From the IMG/VR virus record IMGVR_UViG_3300032092_001856: a stretch of DNA of 64,000 bases; one strand, written 5' to 3'. Made by a program: the position numbers and the translations under genes. This stretch comes from an uncultured virus (IMG/VR IMGVR_UViG_3300032092_001856) (taxonomy: Duplodnaviria > Heunggongvirae > Uroviricota > Caudoviricetes). The notes below the pieces were generated by a model, which saw only the letters and a list, made by a program, of their open reading frames with translations, made no database searches and had not been told where the DNA came from. Each line of letters opens with the position of its first letter. Position 1 is the stretch's first letter. Of the stretch, positions 46,976 through 56,710 are shown piece by piece.

Positions 46976-49294
46976 TTATGAAGATCTTACAGTCAAATCT
47001 AGAATATCAAAGTATCCAAGGCCTGTGTCATAACAAATGTATATAGAAGCATTGACATCGTCATAATAATAATCTCCAGGTTTTAGATCGCTCAAACTTA
47101 ATCCGTTAGCTGCATCTGCATTTGTGTACATTTTAGAAGCAGCTGATGTTTGTAAAGAACCATCTGGAAACACAAGTCCGGTAATACTAGTTCCATCTGT
47201 ATAGGCAGGCATGCCCACACTTCCTATATAGAAATTCTTTGCTCTAACAGGTATAGGATCTCCTGCAGAGTCAGTTATATCTAAACTACCGTCGACATTT
47301 ATTGAAATTACGTTGCCGCCGAGATAAATGCTATTACCACTTAAATAAATTTCGCCCCATGCAGCAGTAGGAGAACCTAAACTTTGTAATCCGTCAGTTA
47401 ACGGAACAATACTGTATCCAGTTCCGATAGTAATCGTATTACTACCATCACTTACCATTCCTGGCACAGCACTACCAGTATAACCTATGTCACCTTGTGA
47501 TCCAGTATAACCTATGTCACCCTGACTACCTGTATAACCAATATCTCCTTGTGATCCAGTATAACCTATGTCACCTTGTGATCCAGTATAACCTATGTCA
47601 CCCTGACTACCTGTATAACCAATACTGCCAACAAATCCAGTACTACCTGTAAAACCTCGACTGCCAGTAAATCCAATACTGCCAGTGAATCCCCTGCTAC
47701 CAGTAAATCCCGTGACACCTTGTACTCCTTGTTCTCCTTGGATGCCAGTTAACCCAACGGCTCCGGACAAATCTGTCACATAGCTGTACGCAGTTCCATT
47801 CCATAGATATAATCTTGAATTTTCAGGATCATCGTTATTGCCAGTTTCAATTATAGCAAATTCACCGGCTACTATACCGCTAGGATTAATATCAGCTTCT
47901 AGAGCTGCTACACTCAAATAAATTTTAGCAATCTGGAAGCCCATACCAGTGTCGCCCTGACTACCGGTGTAACCAATATCTCCGTGTGATCCTGTATAAC
48001 CAGTATCCCCAAGTGATCCAGTATAACCTATATCTCCTTGACTACCTGTAAATCCGATATCACCTGTAGATCCAACAAATCCCGTATCTCCTTGACTGCC
48101 AGTAAATCCAATACTGCCAGTAAATCCAATACTGCCAGTGAATCCCCTGCTACCGGTAAATCCTTGACTGCCAGTGTATCCCCGACTACCAGGTTCACCC
48201 ACATCTCCAACACTACCTGTATAACCAATATCTCCTTGACTGCCAGTAAATCCTTGACTGCCAGTAAATCCTTGACTGCCAACAAATCCCCTGCTTCCAG
48301 TATAACCTATATCTCCAACGCTACCTGTATAACCAGTACCCCCAAGTGATCCTGTATAACCGATGTTACCCTGACTACCTGTAAATCCGATATCACCTGT
48401 AGATCCAACAAATCCCGTATCTCCTTGACTGCCAGTAAATCCAATACTGCCAGTAAATCCAATACTGCCAGTAAATCCAATACTGCCAATGTAGCCAATA
48501 TCCCCTTGACTGCCGGTAAATCCAATATTACCTTGACTACCACTAAATCCAATGCTTCCAGTATAGCCAATAGCTGCTGCTTCACCTGGTATGCCCTGAC
48601 TACCCGTATAACCTATATCTCCTTGACTGCCAACAAATCCAATGCTTCCAGTATAACCAATACTTCCAGTATAACCAGCATTTCCTCTACTACCTGTATA
48701 ACCAGTATCCCCAAGTGATCCAGTATAACCTATATCTCCTTGACTGCCTGTATAACCAATATTTCCTCTACTACCTGTATAACCAGTATCCCCAAGTGAT
48801 CCAGTATAACCTATATCTCCTTGACTGCCTGTATAACCAATATTTCCTCTACTACCTGTAAATCCACTAATAGGAGTTTGGGCTGGACCAATATCAATCC
48901 ATTGAGATCCCGACCATATATGAAGGTGAGTATTGTCTATGCTGATAAGTGCATCGCCGTTATCTACATTGTGAGATATTAAATTTAAATCTGCTGCTGT
49001 GTTGACACTACCTACAAGTTTAAAAGAGCTACCTGATGCAGCATCTACGAATTCTAAAGAATCTTCAGTAGAATTTACAGCTAAAAATTTTCCAGCAGCA
49101 TTAGCATAGGAATTAGGTGTATCTGGCAGTTGAAGAAAAGTATCGGTAGCAATAATTATGCCACCGGGGGTAAGACCGTCTCCTAGTCTAAACTCTCCAG
49201 TTTCGACATTAAAAAATATCTCGCCCTCACCGCCTACGTATTCTTCGAAACTAGCCTTAACTAAACCTGCCTTTATTTTACGAAAAAATGCCAT
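46976..49294 (-). CDS. collagen-like (G[FY]TGS) fibre protein with Mtd-N-like start
   Basis: GEIFFN...RLGDG.TPGG N-terminus; long Gly-X-Y tracts. Confidence 0.85.
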   Translation of the reverse strand: MAFFRKIKAGLVKASFEEYVGGEGEIFFNVETGEFRLGDGLTPGGIIIATDTFLQLPDTPNSYANAAGKFLAVNSTEDSLEFVDAASGSSFKLVGSVNTAADLNLISHNVDNGDALISIDNTHLHIWSGSQWIDIGPAQTPISGFTGSRGNIGYTGSQGDIGYTGSLGDTGYTGSRGNIGYTGSQGDIGYTGSLGDTGYTGSRGNAGYTGSIGYTGSIGFVGSQGDIGYTGSQGIPGEAAAIGYTGSIGFSGSQGNIGFTGSQGDIGYIGSIGFTGSIGFTGSIGFTGSQGDTGFVGSTGDIGFTGSQGNIGYTGSLGGTGYTGSVGDIGYTGSRGFVGSQGFTGSQGFTGSQGDIGYTGSVGDVGEPGSRGYTGSQGFTGSRGFTGSIGFTGSIGFTGSQGDTGFVGSTGDIGFTGSQGDIGYTGSLGDTGYTGSHGDIGYTGSQGDTGMGFQIAKIYLSVAALEADINPSGIVAGEFAIIETGNNDDPENSRLYLWNGTAYSYVTDLSGAVGLTGIQGEQGVQGVTGFTGSRGFTGSIGFTGSRGFTGSTGFVGSIGYTGSQGDIGYTGSQGDIGYTGSQGDIGYTGSQGDIGYTGSQGDIGYTGSAVPGMVSDGSNTITIGTGYSIVPLTDGLQSLGSPTAAWGEIYLSGNSIYLGGNVISINVDGSLDITDSAGDPIPVRAKNFYIGSVGMPAYTDGTSITGLVFPDGSLQTSAASKMYTNADAANGLSLSDLKPGDYYYDDVNASIYICYDTGLGYFDILDLTVRSS

Positions 49295-49311
49295 TGTCGC
49301 TCCTGGCTAAA

Positions 49312-49587
49312 TTATCTTCGTGTAAAAAGGTTTCTATTAAGCTGAAGTGGAGGTGTGGGTTCGGCTTCGTCTTGAGTAAGATCTTGAATTATAGGGCTGT
49401 CTTTGCCTGCTTGTGCTTTCTTCAATTCAATATCTTGCTGTAGAGGTGGAACCATTACAGGATTGTCGTCTAGTTCTTGAGGATCTTTAGGTGAATCATT
49501 GTCTTGATCCATGTCAATTTCTGGATCTCCGTCGCCGTTGATCTTGATAGTAATAGGTACGTTGATGACAAATTCTCTAGCTCTCAT
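49312..49587 (-). CDS. small acidic protein (MRAREFV N-terminus)
   Basis: GGAG RBS and upstream TAAATA. Confidence 0.7.
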   Translation of the reverse strand: MRAREFVINVPITIKINGDGDPEIDMDQDNDSPKDPQELDDNPVMVPPLQQDIELKKAQAGKDSPIIQDLTQDEAEPTPPLQLNRNLFTRR

Positions 49588-49605
49588 TTATTTCTCCGCA
49601 TGTGA

Positions 49606-49621
49606 TATTTAGCCTTAAATA
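49606..49621. promoter_or_regulatory. back-to-back late promoters
   Basis: TATTTA-GCCT-TAAATA between the divergent fibre operon and ALA synthase. Confidence 0.6.
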
Positions 49622-49626
49622 GAGCT

Positions 49627-50826
49627 ATGATAGATAAAACACCCTTTGAAACTCTAATAACAGAACTTAAATCTAACGGCAAATATCGTGTGTTTAACGA
49701 TATCATGCGTGAGAACGGCAAGTTCCCCCAGGCTATTTGGTATGGACCATATGCTATAAAGAACATTGTAAACTGGTGTAGCAATGACTACTTAGGCATG
49801 GGTCAGCATAAGGTTGTTATAGATGCTATGCGTACGGCCCTGGACATGACTGGTGCAGGGTCAGGCGGTACTCGCAACATTGCAGGTACCAGTCACTATC
49901 ACGTGGCATTGGAACTTGAGTTGGCTAGCCTACATAAGAAAGAACGGGCATTACTGTTTAGTTCAGCGTATGTGGCCAACGAGTGGACCTTAATCGCATT
50001 AGCCAAGATCATTCCCAACATTGAATACATTAGCGACAGCAACAATCATAACTCAATCATTGTGGGTATTCAGCACAGTCGTGCTAACAAACAGGTCTTC
50101 CGTCATAACGATATGCAGAACTTAGAAGAGTGTCTGCAGGCTGCACAACTCTGCGGTAAGACTCCTTGCATTGTATTTGAGTCAGTGTACTCAATGGACG
50201 GTGATGTGGGCATGATTAAAGAGATATGTGACCTAGCTGACAAGTATGGTGCTATCACCTACATTGACGAAGTACATGCTGTTGGCCTATATGGAGAAAC
50301 AGGTGCAGGCAAAGTTGAGAAGTACGGGCTACAAGATCGTGTTGATATAATCAACGGTACACTTGGTAAGGCGTTTGGAGTACAGGGCGGATACATTGCC
50401 TGTGACTCAATAGTAGCTGATGCTATACGTAGTATTGCTGCTGGCTTTATCTTTACAACATCTATGAGTCCCGTGACCTGTGCTGGTGCGCTGGCTGCTG
50501 TCAAATACTTAAAGAGTCACGGGGAACTACGTGAGCAACATCAAGATCGTGCTCGCAAGCTAAAGTATAGATTGATCAAAGCTGGCATACCTGTCATGGA
50601 GTGCTCAACTACACACATTGTACCTGTACTAGTAGGAGATGCTAAACGTGCCAAAGCTATGAGTGATGCACTATTAAATGAACACAACATCTACTGCCAG
50701 CCTATAAATTCTCCCACAGTAGATGTAGGAACGGAGAGGTTGCGATTTGCTCCCACTCCGTTTCATGATGATGGTATGATCGAGGACCTTGTTCAAGCCC
50801 TCGTCAAAGTGTTTAACACATACTAA
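49627..50826 (+). CDS. hemA: 5-aminolevulinate synthase (Shemin/C4 pathway, PLP-dependent)
   Basis: [40 protein letters not shown] and FIFTT motifs. Confidence 0.92.
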   Translation: MIDKTPFETLITELKSNGKYRVFNDIMRENGKFPQAIWYGPYAIKNIVNWCSNDYLGMGQHKVVIDAMRTALDMTGAGSGGTRNIAGTSHYHVALELELASLHKKERALLFSSAYVANEWTLIALAKIIPNIEYISDSNNHNSIIVGIQHSRANKQVFRHNDMQNLEECLQAAQLCGKTPCIVFESVYSMDGDVGMIKEICDLADKYGAITYIDEVHAVGLYGETGAGKVEKYGLQDRVDIINGTLGKAFGVQGGYIACDSIVADAIRSIAAGFIFTTSMSPVTCAGALAAVKYLKSHGELREQHQDRARKLKYRLIKAGIPVMECSTTHIVPVLVGDAKRAKAMSDALLNEHNIYCQPINSPTVDVGTERLRFAPTPFHDDGMIEDLVQALVKVFNTY

Positions 50827-51046
50827 GAACTTGTGTAACACCAAATACTAGTGCTGCCCTAAGTTGCAAGTCAGCACCGGCAGCTTCCAGCTTCTCAGTG
50901 TTGATCAAATCTTCAAGTAAAGCGCGAGCTTCGTCAGGTGTGATTTGATTGTTCTGCAGAGCTTCTGCAATGGTCAATGCATATTGGGCACGTTCAGCTG
51001 CCCAAGGTTGCCCCGAGTTGATAACTTCGTGTAGTACGTTGCTCAT
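50813..51046 (-). CDS. hypothetical protein
   Basis: ORF abutting the lipase. Confidence 0.65.
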   Translation of the reverse strand: MSNVLHEVINSGQPWAAERAQYALTIAEALQNNQITPDEARALLEDLINTEKLEAAGADLQLRAALVFGVTQVLSMC

Positions 51047-51772
51047 TTATTTGTCCCCTAACTTGCTCAGCTTGGCAATGTAGTTAGCCATCATGTGATC
51101 AAACACACCAATATACTTTTGCCCTTTTGCTCTGGCTTTCAGTCTACTGCGAGCCATGTCTTTTACCTGTTGCCACGGAGTTAGGTCTCTAAACTCTCCG
51201 TAGTAGTTCATGTACTTGTGTGTGCCATGATGATCAAATCCCATTAACTTAAATGGAACTTTGGTTACATCATCGCAGTTGTTCTGTACTCTATAATGCT
51301 CTACTGTCAAACTCTTAACAAACTCAGTGTTGCCAACTCTAGGTGAACCGAATGTTACTAATGCTGTAACACGATCCTGTATACGACTGGCAGCAATAGT
51401 TGCCATGGCAGCACCAAGACTGTGTCCAGTTACATAGACATTACCTGGATTGGCTGCAAGTGCAGCAGAGATACTGGGCCATAGCTTGTTGATCTCACCC
51501 TTGAAACCAACATGAACCTTGCCGCCACAGGCTTCTAGATTCTTACCAGCTTTTAAGTCTGCTAACACATCTGACTTTTGTGTTACTTCAGTGCCTCTAA
51601 ACGACAGCACTGTAATAGTACCATTGGTCAGCAGGTATGCCTGTGCTCCGTCTATGTCAAAGAACTGGACAATAGTATAGCCTAGTGCTTTAAACTTGGC
51701 CTTAGAGTCTTTAGGGTTGTCATAGGTAGTTGCCGCTAGTTTGGCAAACTCTAGTAGTAGTTCTGTTTTCAT
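51047..51772 (-). CDS. class 3 lipase
   Basis: SFRGT, VHVGF, TGHSLGAA, FGSPRVG, DDVTKVP and DH motifs. Confidence 0.92.
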   Translation of the reverse strand: MKTELLLEFAKLAATTYDNPKDSKAKFKALGYTIVQFFDIDGAQAYLLTNGTITVLSFRGTEVTQKSDVLADLKAGKNLEACGGKVHVGFKGEINKLWPSISAALAANPGNVYVTGHSLGAAMATIAASRIQDRVTALVTFGSPRVGNTEFVKSLTVEHYRVQNNCDDVTKVPFKLMGFDHHGTHKYMNYYGEFRDLTPWQQVKDMARSRLKARAKGQKYIGVFDHMMANYIAKLSKLGDK

Positions 51773-52149
51773 TAGAATCTTCCTTGTACTGTTTTAGCAA
51801 TGATATCAGCTTGCTGTATTATCAGCTTACGTTTGATATCACAATAGATAGGACTCACTGGACCTTTATTTGATCTCTCTGCAAATTCTTTAGCAGTGGC
51901 TTTCATTGTGTCTGTTAGTTTAGCAACATCTTTAGTGTTCTTACTTTCAGCATACAAATCAAACCACTGTAGTTGTAAGTTCAGAACAGTTAGCTGTTCT
52001 GTTAGATTGCCTTTGCAATCAAAGTTGGCAGCAGTTTGGCGCAGGTCTGTTGTGACCTTGGCTTGATTAACATCCCACTTACTTGGCCAAGGGCCTAATG
52101 CACTGCATCCTGTAAGTGTTAAAACTAATAGTAAAGATGCTAGTTTCAT
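51772..52149 (-). CDS. lipoprotein
   Basis: lipobox LTGC after a hydrophobic signal. Confidence 0.8.
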   Translation of the reverse strand: MKLASLLLVLTLTGCSALGPWPSKWDVNQAKVTTDLRQTAANFDCKGNLTEQLTVLNLQLQWFDLYAESKNTKDVAKLTDTMKATAKEFAERSNKGPVSPIYCDIKRKLIIQQADIIAKTVQGRF

Positions 52150-52584
52150 TTAGTTGCACCAGCTTTGTTTAGCTTCGCCATAGTACTCACGAGCAAAGCC
52201 ATTAGCAATCAATCCAGCACGTAGGCTTTGGCCATTGATTAGAATATCGCCTAATACTCTTCCACCAAACTTGTCCCAACCGTACATGGTAACTTGGAAC
52301 TTGCCGCCTTGTGCAATTGCCTTCTTAGTGAAGGCACTAGCTGCTTCTCCGCGTTGTGCTTCGCTTGGGCACATGGCTCTGTGGCCTTTCTCTGGAGTGT
52401 CTACACCAAACACACGAATAGCCAATTCTGGCTTAAATGGTGCGGGTAAGAATGGTGCAGAGATTACAACCGTATCCCCGTCAGTGACACGCAGGATCTG
52501 TGCGTCGTAGGTTGCGCCCTGTGGCGTCTTTTGTGCAAATACTAGCAAGGGTAAGCATAGCAATAATAGTAAAAATTTCTTCAT
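52150..52584 (-). CDS. secreted thermonuclease (SNase-like)
   Basis: signal peptide; DGDT, RVFGVDTPE and DKFGGRVLG motifs. Confidence 0.9.
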   Translation of the reverse strand: MKKFLLLLLCLPLLVFAQKTPQGATYDAQILRVTDGDTVVISAPFLPAPFKPELAIRVFGVDTPEKGHRAMCPSEAQRGEAASAFTKKAIAQGGKFQVTMYGWDKFGGRVLGDILINGQSLRAGLIANGFAREYYGEAKQSWCN

Positions 52585-52644
52585 ATATACTCCAATAAGT
52601 GCTAATATTTAGTTATAAAAATAGTATTTTGCAATCCTAGCAAA

Positions 52645-53361
52645 TTAACCCCAATACTTAGATGAATCTAACTTATCCCAGTAGGCTTTGTTGTTGCGAT
52701 TAACAAAATTCTTAACTAGGTATTTGGCCATGCCCATATAGCCCATCTTCTTAAATCTACGAGAGTCTTGTCCAAAGTGATGTCGTATAATTCTAAACTT
52801 TCTTGGGCTGTACTTGCGGGATAAAAAGAAGTCTTCTGATGTTGCAAACTGCTCCGGAAAGCCACCATACTGTTCAAACTTATCCCTGCGTGTCAGCATG
52901 AATGCGCCAACAGCAAAAGGACTAACGTATTTCAATACATGATTAATCAAGTTAAATGCTGTGAATCCAATCTTTGCTCGCAAGTCTTTGTCATAACATT
53001 TAATGTTTAGGCCGATGAGATCTAAATTCTTAGACTCGATCAAATTAACAGCATCATGTATTACAGTGTCCTTGAAGAAACGCACATCCGCATCAATGAA
53101 CAATATGTAAGGAGTAGTGACCAGATGTGCTCCATTGTTCTTGGCTAGTGAGACAGGGCCGCCGTCAATGATTTCAACACGTAATCCGTAGCTGTTATCT
53201 TTAATCACTTGTCTAGTGTTGTCCGTGGAGCAGTCAGCAATGATAACTCTAGTATTGCCTATAGCTTGTCCACGTAGTGAATCTAACAAATGATGAATGT
53301 AGTTCTCTTCATTCTTGCAAGGAACCACTATGGTAATCTTATCGCTTATTGTCGTTTGCAT
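52645..53361 (-). CDS. family 2 glycosyltransferase
   Basis: VPCKNEE, DCSTDNT, FIDAD and SED motifs. Confidence 0.9.
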   Translation of the reverse strand: MQTTISDKITIVVPCKNEENYIHHLLDSLRGQAIGNTRVIIADCSTDNTRQVIKDNSYGLRVEIIDGGPVSLAKNNGAHLVTTPYILFIDADVRFFKDTVIHDAVNLIESKNLDLIGLNIKCYDKDLRAKIGFTAFNLINHVLKYVSPFAVGAFMLTRRDKFEQYGGFPEQFATSEDFFLSRKYSPRKFRIIRHHFGQDSRRFKKMGYMGMAKYLVKNFVNRNNKAYWDKLDSSKYWG

Positions 53362-53516
53362 TGGCCTTCTACCTTAAAATTATTAAACTTTAACTGCCAC
53401 TTCATTGACGCTAGAGCTAGTTCGCAACTCATCTGGTCCTTGAATGCCAGTTCTATTCTTCCCGGAACGTCCTGAGGATTGTTCACGTGAACTGCTATCA
53501 GTATTAGTATCCACAC
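53346..53516 (-). CDS. 56-aa overlapping small protein (GTG start)
   Basis: AGGAG RBS; MWILILIAVHVNNPQDVPGRIELAFKDQMSCELALASMKWQLKFNNFKVEGQCKRQ. Confidence 0.65.
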   Translation of the reverse strand: MWILILIAVHVNNPQDVPGRIELAFKDQMSCELALASMKWQLKFNNFKVEGQCKRQ

Positions 53517-54264
53517 GGTCTTTCTCCTTGGTCCAAGTTATGATTTCCCAACGGCCGGTATGATGCTCAACTAACGCAGTACACGATTCAACCCAGTCAC
53601 CATCATTCATATACATAACACCATTGATCTGTTTAATCTCTGCGTGATGTATGTGTCCACATATAACCCCATCAAAGCCACGTTTCTTACAGTAGTTGGC
53701 TAGATTTTCTTCAAACTTGAACATAAAGTCTACGGCTTTTTTAACACGGTGCTTAAGAAACTTGCTAATGCTAAAGTACCCAAAACCCATGCGATGACGT
53801 AGCCAATTGTACTTACTATTGATACTAAGGATGATATCATATGCTTTATCTCCTAAGAAGGCTAGCCAAGGTGCTAGACGTGTAATGCCGTCAAACAGGT
53901 CGCCATGAGTGACTAGGTAGTGCTTGCCGTCTGCACCTATGTGTTCTATTTGATTGTGTATTTCTACTAGACCAAAACTAAACCCATATGGTATCATTGG
54001 TCTTAAGAATTCGTCGTGATTGCCTGCTACATAAACTACACGAGTGCCACGCTTGGCATGACCTAGCACACGACGAACAACGTTAGTATGACTTTGTTTC
54101 CAACGCCACTTGTTTTGTTGTATGCGCCACGCATCTATTATATCGCCTACTAGATATAATGTGTCGCAAGAGTTGTGTTTGAGAAAATTGTTTAACTTAT
54201 CCGCTTGACAGTCTTTAGTTCCGAGGTGCACATCACTAACAAAGATTGAGCGGTATGTCTTCAT
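53383..54264 (-). CDS. PlcP-like metallophosphoesterase (LpxH/COG2908 family)
   Basis: SDVHLG, VGDIID, GNHDE, THGD, GHIH and NDGDWVES; GNHD rather than the LpxH GNRD. Confidence 0.82.
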   Translation of the reverse strand: MKTYRSIFVSDVHLGTKDCQADKLNNFLKHNSCDTLYLVGDIIDAWRIQQNKWRWKQSHTNVVRRVLGHAKRGTRVVYVAGNHDEFLRPMIPYGFSFGLVEIHNQIEHIGADGKHYLVTHGDLFDGITRLAPWLAFLGDKAYDIILSINSKYNWLRHRMGFGYFSISKFLKHRVKKAVDFMFKFEENLANYCKKRGFDGVICGHIHHAEIKQINGVMYMNDGDWVESCTALVEHHTGRWEIITWTKEKDRVDTNTDSSSREQSSGRSGKNRTGIQGPDELRTSSSVNEVAVKV

Positions 54265-54287
54265 ATACCATATTTACCGCCCAATCG

Positions 54288-54305
54288 ATTACATAATGAT
54301 TACAA
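54288..54305 (-). promoter_or_regulatory. Pho-box-like direct repeat
   Basis: TTGTAAT-CATT-ATGTAAT, 11-nt period, upstream of the PlcP-like gene. Confidence 0.55.
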
Positions 54306-54307
54306 TG

Positions 54308-54727
54308 TTAAAAACTATTGTTGAACCAACCTATTTTGCGGCCTTCAGCAATGCGGTTATCATATTCGGCAACAGAGCCAGGAAAACGCCAAGCCCAACA
54401 AGCGACAAGTCCCATAAAAATTGCGGTACTGATAATTCCAATTGGTTTAACTCCTGTAAAGAACATGATTAGTAGACTAACACTCATGCTGGCCAGCATA
54501 AAGAACTTTAGCTTTAAGGGGAACACACGTTTTTGATTCCAGTTTGTAATAAACGGTCCAAAGGTCTTGTGATTCATAATCCAGGCATGCATACGTGGAC
54601 TGCTCTTGGCAAAGCAATAGGCTGCGAATACCACAAACGGGCTATAGGGAATACCCGGAGTAACAACTCCAATGTAGGCCATACCTAAACTTAAAAATCC
54701 TAAACAATTCCAAAACAGTTTTTTCAT
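54308..54727 (-). CDS. YbaN/DUF454 inner-membrane protein
   Basis: IGVVTPGIPYSPF...CFAKSSPRMHAW...FGPFI.NW. Confidence 0.85.
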   Translation of the reverse strand: MKKLFWNCLGFLSLGMAYIGVVTPGIPYSPFVVFAAYCFAKSSPRMHAWIMNHKTFGPFITNWNQKRVFPLKLKFFMLASMSVSLLIMFFTGVKPIGIISTAIFMGLVACWAWRFPGSVAEYDNRIAEGRKIGWFNNSF

Positions 54728-55593
54728 GCTAATCCCCAACTTCCTTCGCTCTTACGAGCTTGTAAATCAAATCCATTTTTGCACTGCGATTTAGGACATG
54801 CTCTAGGGCCAGTATCTAACGACACAGTCTGTGCAAATATATTTCCCATAGGAGCATGGCTCTTACACCAGCCTCTCCATACATCGCCAAAGTTATCAAT
54901 TACAATCTGTGTTACTCCGGCCCAACAAAGATGTCCAAAATAATTGTTTAAATGATTAACTCTTTTAAACTCTATAGTAGATTCTACTTGTTGCTTATTA
55001 TATATGTCAATTCCTTGCGCTGTATAATATTCATTCCATTGTTCTTTAGAATAGTTTAGGTATTTGTTATTGCCTTTGGTAAAATTGTCGTATAAGAACT
55101 GTAGTTGAACATTTACATTTTTATGTTTAAGAATGTTATAACATTCGTGTTGTTTTGCCCAGTTTTCAGGAGTCACTGCAACATAGACTGTAGAGTTTAT
55201 ATGCTTGTTAACAGCGTTCACAACATTTAAAAAATGATCAAAGTCTTCTGTAGCATGATAGGTAAGAGATAGATCATACAGGTTAGGAGCCATGTGTGTC
55301 CACTGCTCTATACTGGCTTGGCCGTTAGATATTAATTTAAACTTAATTCTAGAATCTTTGTTAGATAGAATAACGTATTGTAAGGCTAGACTAAGTGTAG
55401 GTTCGCCACCATTGACATCTATTCTAACATTAGAGAACGCCTGACTTTGATCAACTAAGTGAGCAAATGCCAGGCTGAGTTTGTCATGGTCCGGAAATAA
55501 GTTATTACCTGCTTTTAATTCCCAACTGCAGTAGGAACAATCTAAGTTACAACTATTGCCAAGACTCCATTCTATTTGTAGTGTATCCGTCAC
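54724..55593 (-). CDS. radical SAM protein with C-terminal twitch/SPASM-like cysteines
   Basis: CNLDCSYC, GGEPT, CWAG...C...C...C. Confidence 0.88.
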   Translation of the reverse strand: MTDTLQIEWSLGNSCNLDCSYCSWELKAGNNLFPDHDKLSLAFAHLVDQSQAFSNVRIDVNGGEPTLSLALQYVILSNKDSRIKFKLISNGQASIEQWTHMAPNLYDLSLTYHATEDFDHFLNVVNAVNKHINSTVYVAVTPENWAKQHECYNILKHKNVNVQLQFLYDNFTKGNNKYLNYSKEQWNEYYTAQGIDIYNKQQVESTIEFKRVNHLNNYFGHLCWAGVTQIVIDNFGDVWRGWCKSHAPMGNIFAQTVSLDTGPRACPKSQCKNGFDLQARKSEGSWGLA

Positions 55594-56102
55594 CTTAAGT
55601 ACTCAAGCCATTCACTATGCCTTACTTGAAAAGGCATTGCTTTACGCTTATTTACTAGTTCGTAGAAGCTGGGCTTGTGTGGCTTAAACTTAGGAACAAT
55701 CTTTTTATTATTACCTTTGCTGGCATTGCAGGGACCGCAGGCGGTAACACAGTTTTCAAATGTAGTCTTACCACCTAGACTGGTTGGTAGTACATGATCT
55801 AATGTACAGTGTTTCTTTTCTAGATTGCAGCCACAATAGGCACAGTGATAGTTGTCACGCAGAAATACATTGCTTTTACTAAATCGAATAGCTATTTTAG
55901 GTTTCATGTACTCTTTGAGAATAACAATACTAGGTACAGCAGTTTCCCAGCGAGCTGATCTTACAATCCAATTATCGTGCCAAGCTAATACTGTGGCTTT
56001 ATCTAAGACCATGTATTTGATTGCGTCCTGCCAAGTAATTGTACTAAGCGGCAGAAAGCTGACTGGTGCGCCGGTGGCGTTGAGTAATAGCGTATCTGAC
56101 AT
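55590..56102 (-). CDS. HNH endonuclease (McrA-like)
   Basis: RDNYHCAYC...TLDHV.P...GG...N...CGPCN..K. Confidence 0.9.
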   Translation of the reverse strand: MSDTLLLNATGAPVSFLPLSTITWQDAIKYMVLDKATVLAWHDNWIVRSARWETAVPSIVILKEYMKPKIAIRFSKSNVFLRDNYHCAYCGCNLEKKHCTLDHVLPTSLGGKTTFENCVTACGPCNASKGNNKKIVPKFKPHKPSFYELVNKRKAMPFQVRHSEWLEYLR

Positions 56103-56140
56103 TTTGGGTAATCATTTCTTTATTGTACGAAACAGCTTGT

Positions 56141-56169
56141 ATTATACAGCCGTTTAGGTATTTACGCAA
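56141..56169 (-). promoter_or_regulatory. sigma70-type promoter with embedded TAAATA
   Basis: TTGCGT-N17-TATAAT. Confidence 0.6.
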
Positions 56170-56710
56170 GTAATTTTTGAACAAATTCCGAACCAGAATG
56201 CTCAATAGAGCTAGTCCATTGGTCTGTTCCGTCTAGTCCAAAAACTCCTTCTTGCGTTGGAGTTGCTGTTAGCCAACTGAACGCATGATTGTAAGGGCTT
56301 ACACCGTTAAGTTCATTTTCTAGTTGGTCCGGAGTCCATGCACATAATCCAACTATGAGTCTCCAGTAGTTTGGACAGTCGCCCATTGCTAGTCTCTGCA
56401 ATAGATCTGCGTGTGAACTAATACTAAACTGATTATTAATTTGCATTGTGTTTTCACAAGCCCATTCTGCACTATGTATCATAGTAAGAGCTTTTACATT
56501 AACTGGACCACCTACATACATAAATCCGTCAATGTCGCAATCTACATTGCAATTTTGTGCAAACTCTCTAATGGGCATTTTACTAACTTTATTAAGCACT
56601 AGCCCCATACTACCGCGGGCATGATTCTCTGTAACATAGATTACAGTCTTTTGCCAAAAGTTTCCCCTCACACTAGGAGGAGCAATTAAAAGTTTACCAG
56701 TTAAATTCAT
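56162..56710 (-). CDS. YqgE/AlgH (DUF179) family protein
   Basis: GKLLIA, GSMGLVLN, GGPV and W..QLENE motifs. Confidence 0.88.
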   Translation of the reverse strand: MNLTGKLLIAPPSVRGNFWQKTVIYVTENHARGSMGLVLNKVSKMPIREFAQNCNVDCDIDGFMYVGGPVNVKALTMIHSAEWACENTMQINNQFSISSHADLLQRLAMGDCPNYWRLIVGLCAWTPDQLENELNGVSPYNHAFSWLTATPTQEGVFGLDGTDQWTSSIEHSGSEFVQKLLA

